Shown one piece after another: positions 60,726 through 64,000 of a stretch of 64,000 nt of DNA (the stretch's first letter is position 1; every line of letters starts with the position of its first letter). The DNA lies in assembly GCA_965205945.1 (NCBI GenBank), contig CBDBIB010000001.1, positions 96,001 to 160,000 of the forward strand. Reading direction: 5' to 3'. Below the pieces are notes generated by a model that saw only the letters and a program-made list of their open reading frames with translations, had not been told where the DNA came from and did no database searches. The DNA comes from Bdellovibrionales bacterium. GTDB taxonomy: Bacteria; Bdellovibrionota; Bdellovibrionia; Bdellovibrionales; UBA1609. The translations under genes were made by a program, and so were the position numbers.

Positions 60726-62273
60726 ATGATTTTTAATAAAACTAAAGCACTTATAATATGTATGGCCTTTAGTGGCTTTTTTTCTCTTGCATATGGTCAA
60801 GATGCGGTCCCAGGAGAGTTTATTGTTTGCTATAAAAATGAGGATTCATCATTTCAAGCTCTAGAGAAGACATCAAGTAAGCACAATTTAAAACTTCATA
60901 AAGCTTGGAAAAAAATAAATACGTATTCTTTAAAAACTGATTTTATAAATCAAAATAATGATGCTAAAATTTTAAAAGACTTAAGAGCAAATCCTAATGT
61001 TCTTTTTGCTGAGCCTAATTACTATGTAAAAGCTCAATATCTGCCACTAACTTCTGTAGATATAAAAGCTCCAGAGAGTTGGCTTATAGAACCTGTTGAT
61101 TCGGCAGCTCCAATTACAGTTGCTGTTTTAGACTCAGGTTTAGATGTAGAGCACCCTATTTTTAAAAATACAGGAAGATTATGGTCGAATATAGCCGAGA
61201 TTAATGGAGAGGATGGAGTTGATGATGATGGCAATGGTAAAATTGATGATTATAATGGATGGAATTTTTTAGATAATAATAATAATTTAATGGACGAATC
61301 AAATCATGGAACCCATGTATCTGGAATTGTAGTTGGATCAACAGAAAATATTTTTAGTTTTAGTAGTTCCACAAATCCAAGAGTTCAGATCATGGTTTTA
61401 AAGTTTTTAAATTCAGCAGGCATAGGTACAACTTCTAAGGCTATAGACGCAATTTATTATGCTATTAATAACGGAGCTAAGATTATAAATAACTCATGGG
61501 GTGGGCCAGGTTACTCAAGAGCTTTACATCGAACTATTCTAGATACATTTTTAAAGAATATCTTATTTGTGGCGGCAGCAGGCAATGGTGATAAACACGG
61601 AGGAACTAATAATGATGAATTACCACTTTATCCTGCAAGCTACGATGTTCCAAATATTATTTCTGTGGGAGCAATAGATGATTTTGGTGATTTAGCTAAG
61701 TTTTCAAATTTTGGCCCTATTGGGGTAGATGTGGTTGCTCCAGGATTTAAGATAATAAGTACTCAACCAGGTGGTGGTTTTGAATTTCTAACTGGAACAA
61801 GCATGGCGGCACCTTTTGTCTCAGGCCTAGCGGCTTTAATGGTACAAAAATCTCCACATTTTACAGGGTATCAATTAAAAAGAGATATTATAAATTCTGT
61901 TGACAAACTTCCTTCATTAAACGGTCTTATAGCTACAGAGGGAAGGGTTAATTTTGAAAAAGCTGTTCAGTTAGCCAAACAAAATACGTCTGAAGCTGCA
62001 TTTTTACCTGAATATAATCTTGTGTATAGTTACTTTTCTAGAGATCTAGCCTCATTAGCTAGTAGAAAAGAAGTTAAAGGGTTTGGCTGTGGGAAAGTTC
62101 AAGCCTTGTATAAAAACTATAATAAAAATATAGGAAAAAATAAATTTAAATTTTCACAAATTTTTACAATAGTATTTTTTCTTTTACCGTTTTTAGTCGT
62201 TAAAATGGCAAGATCTAGTTTCTATAGACGAAAGTACAAGAAATATAGTTTTAAAGTTTTAAGAAATTCTTAA
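60726..62273 (+). CDS. S8 serine peptidase with C-terminal membrane anchor
   Basis: LDSG, HGTHVSG, GTSMAAP; C-terminal GFGCG, TM and basic tail. Confidence 0.93.
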   Translation: MIFNKTKALIICMAFSGFFSLAYGQDAVPGEFIVCYKNEDSSFQALEKTSSKHNLKLHKAWKKINTYSLKTDFINQNNDAKILKDLRANPNVLFAEPNYYVKAQYLPLTSVDIKAPESWLIEPVDSAAPITVAVLDSGLDVEHPIFKNTGRLWSNIAEINGEDGVDDDGNGKIDDYNGWNFLDNNNNLMDESNHGTHVSGIVVGSTENIFSFSSSTNPRVQIMVLKFLNSAGIGTTSKAIDAIYYAINNGAKIINNSWGGPGYSRALHRTILDTFLKNILFVAAAGNGDKHGGTNNDELPLYPASYDVPNIISVGAIDDFGDLAKFSNFGPIGVDVVAPGFKIISTQPGGGFEFLTGTSMAAPFVSGLAALMVQKSPHFTGYQLKRDIINSVDKLPSLNGLIATEGRVNFEKAVQLAKQNTSEAAFLPEYNLVYSYFSRDLASLASRKEVKGFGCGKVQALYKNYNKNIGKNKFKFSQIFTIVFFLLPFLVVKMARSSFYRRKYKKYSFKVLRNS

Positions 62274-62435
62274 AGAGCTTTACCCCTGCAGTATTCATTA
62301 AAAATTAATGAAGCTAGCCTAAAGTAATGAAGTATTAAAAAAAATTATATTTAATGATGAAATCATATATAGTAATTTTTAGAAAAATAAGTTTTTTTTA
62401 AGAATTGATGTGATTTTTTGAAAGGGTGATTAATT

Positions 62436-63581
62436 GTGCTCAAATATATTGTATTGTCTTTATTGATTTTCCAACCTTGTTTAGCAGATCAAATTTATAA
62501 AAGTGTATTTTTTAAATTTGATAAAGATCACCTTAAAGGTGAAATTTTAAACTTAAATCAAGTACCTGATAAAAATTCAGTTTTTTGGATTAAAGGTTAT
62601 ATAGACCCAGAAAGAAAAGAATTTTACAATGTAGATCTTGGTATTAAAAGAGCTATAAATATTAAAAAAGCTCTTATAGATAAATATAATCTTAGTAAAG
62701 ATCAGGTTAAAATTATATATTATGGAGAAGATTTAAAAGAGAGTATTCTTAACCATCAAAAAAGAAGAGTAGAAATTATAGCTCAAAAGGGCTTTAAACC
62801 TTTAAAACTTAAGGATAAATCTAATATAAAAAAAGCCTCCTATGAAGAAATAAATGAAATTAAATCATCTAATTCTCCTAAAGCAAATTATATTGTAGAA
62901 GCAGACTTTTCTCTATCACAGATAAAAAGTCCCTATAAACACAGGTATTACTTTAGCTTAGGTAGTTATTATAGTATTCTACTTGCAAAGGATCGAAATA
63001 GAGGAAGTGAATTCGAAGGGATTTCTAGAGAAAACTATAATTTTAAAACTCAGTATCAATTTAAATACAAAAGCTTTTGGTTAGGGGCTACGGCTTCTTA
63101 TCATGTTCAAAGCTATGAACCAGAATTAAACTTATTATATATATGGAATAAAAACACATCAAATCTTTTTAACTTATCTCTAGTATCAAATTATGAAAAA
63201 AGAAGATGGGGCTTAGGTTTTAATCTTGATTTTAATCAAGTTTCTTTTATTCATGAAGAGGCTTTTTATATTGAGCTAAGAGATGCGCTTGTAGTAGGCA
63301 CCTCACTACAAGTAAAATACAAATGGTTTAAAGCACAAAAGTGGTCTTCTCGGATTGGATTAGACTTAAATTATCCTATTTTAGGCTCTGGAAGCCTAGA
63401 CCCTAAGGGAGATCTAGGGTACATAGGTTTTATAGATTTAAAAAGAGATCAAGCATTTTGGAGACATATCCCAAATATTAAGCTATATTATGGTTTTAAT
63501 AATTATACAAATAATGAAAATGATCAAAAAGAAGAGGTTGTAGGGTTTTTGTTCTCTTTAACATCTTTAAATTGGTTCTAA
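62436..63581 (+). CDS. OmpA-like domain protein with C-terminal putative beta-barrel (paralog 2)
   Basis: GYID...YN.DL..KRA..IK, RRVEI; end-to-end similarity to 26192-27472; ends LNWF. Confidence 0.8.
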   Translation: MLKYIVLSLLIFQPCLADQIYKSVFFKFDKDHLKGEILNLNQVPDKNSVFWIKGYIDPERKEFYNVDLGIKRAINIKKALIDKYNLSKDQVKIIYYGEDLKESILNHQKRRVEIIAQKGFKPLKLKDKSNIKKASYEEINEIKSSNSPKANYIVEADFSLSQIKSPYKHRYYFSLGSYYSILLAKDRNRGSEFEGISRENYNFKTQYQFKYKSFWLGATASYHVQSYEPELNLLYIWNKNTSNLFNLSLVSNYEKRRWGLGFNLDFNQVSFIHEEAFYIELRDALVVGTSLQVKYKWFKAQKWSSRIGLDLNYPILGSGSLDPKGDLGYIGFIDLKRDQAFWRHIPNIKLYYGFNNYTNNENDQKEEVVGFLFSLTSLNWF

Positions 63582-63688
63582 ATAAAAGCCGTGCTTAATA
63601 AATCTAGTGGCTTAAATTTGAATTCTAGAATTTCTAAAAAGTTGGCAACTAGTTTTTATTCTAAACTTCTACATCTAAAGTTATATAA

Positions 63689-64000
63689 TTAATTTTTTTT
63701 AACAGAAACTTTCTTAGTTCTTGTTTTCCTTTTAACAGGGGTTTTTGTCATTACTTTAGAGAGACGTTTTTGTTCACCAATCACAGTTTTTGCAATATTA
63801 TTAAAAGACTTTCTAGCTTCATTTTTAGTCTTTTTAATAAGAGTTAAGACCTTATCAATTTCTTTATCAGCTTGCTTTTGAACTTTAATAGTTTTTATTT
63901 TAAGAGAGGCGTATTTTTTTTCAAGAATTTTAAGTCTTTTCTTAGATTTTTGAGTAATCTCCTTTTTTAGATTAATTTTAGAAATCTCTTTTTTAATTTT
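63689..64000 (-). CDS. Lysine-rich hypothetical protein (5' end outside window)
   Basis: Open frame KIKKEISKINLKKEI...KRKTRTKKVSVKKN* ending at TAA 63689. Confidence 0.65.
   Translation of the reverse strand, partial: KIKKEISKINLKKEITQKSKKRLKILEKKYASLKIKTIKVQKQADKEIDKVLTLIKKTKNEARKSFNNIAKTVIGEQKRLSKVMTKTPVKRKTRTKKVSVKKN

Noticed and set aside
1..64000. CRISPR array, rRNA, prophage or integrase
   Set aside because: No regularly spaced repeats, rRNA-like sequence, phage genes or intact recombinase seen

Overview
AT-rich (roughly 30% GC by eye) bacterial chromosomal segment. The gene content points to a Bdellovibrionota (Bdellovibrionales-like) organism: a DgcB-like FHA-GGDEF cyclase, a Gld-like ABC operon, GYF/PilZ proteins, three S8 proteases, and mreCD-mrdA-rodA without mreB. 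This assignment is inference. Most of the window is housekeeping and envelope genes: a TtpB/TtpC-type TonB locus, rpoN-lptB-lptC/A, pyrC, nrdR-nusB, cysS, thiL, lptF, trxA, the rod cluster, ppiD, plus tRNA-His and tRNA-Met. The most notable non-annotated signals are: (1) two decayed IS481-family elements, each ending 18-19 nt downstream of a tRNA CCA end in the same orientation, suggesting tRNA-targeted transposition; (2) IS256-type miniature elements next to gene blocks with reversed GC skew; (3) a GC-skew polarity switch at about 50.65 kb that leaves lptF without lptG; (4) a sigma28-like promoter set co-occurring with a TGTCTCA-N3-TGAGACA-like motif, and many apparently leaderless genes; (5) a higher-GC orphan amino-acid binding protein; (6) homopolymer or start-codon anomalies and pseudogenes; (7) unusual domain architectures (REC-MshEN-J-TPR; N-terminal OmpA domain plus C-terminal barrel). 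No CRISPR array or rRNA was seen.
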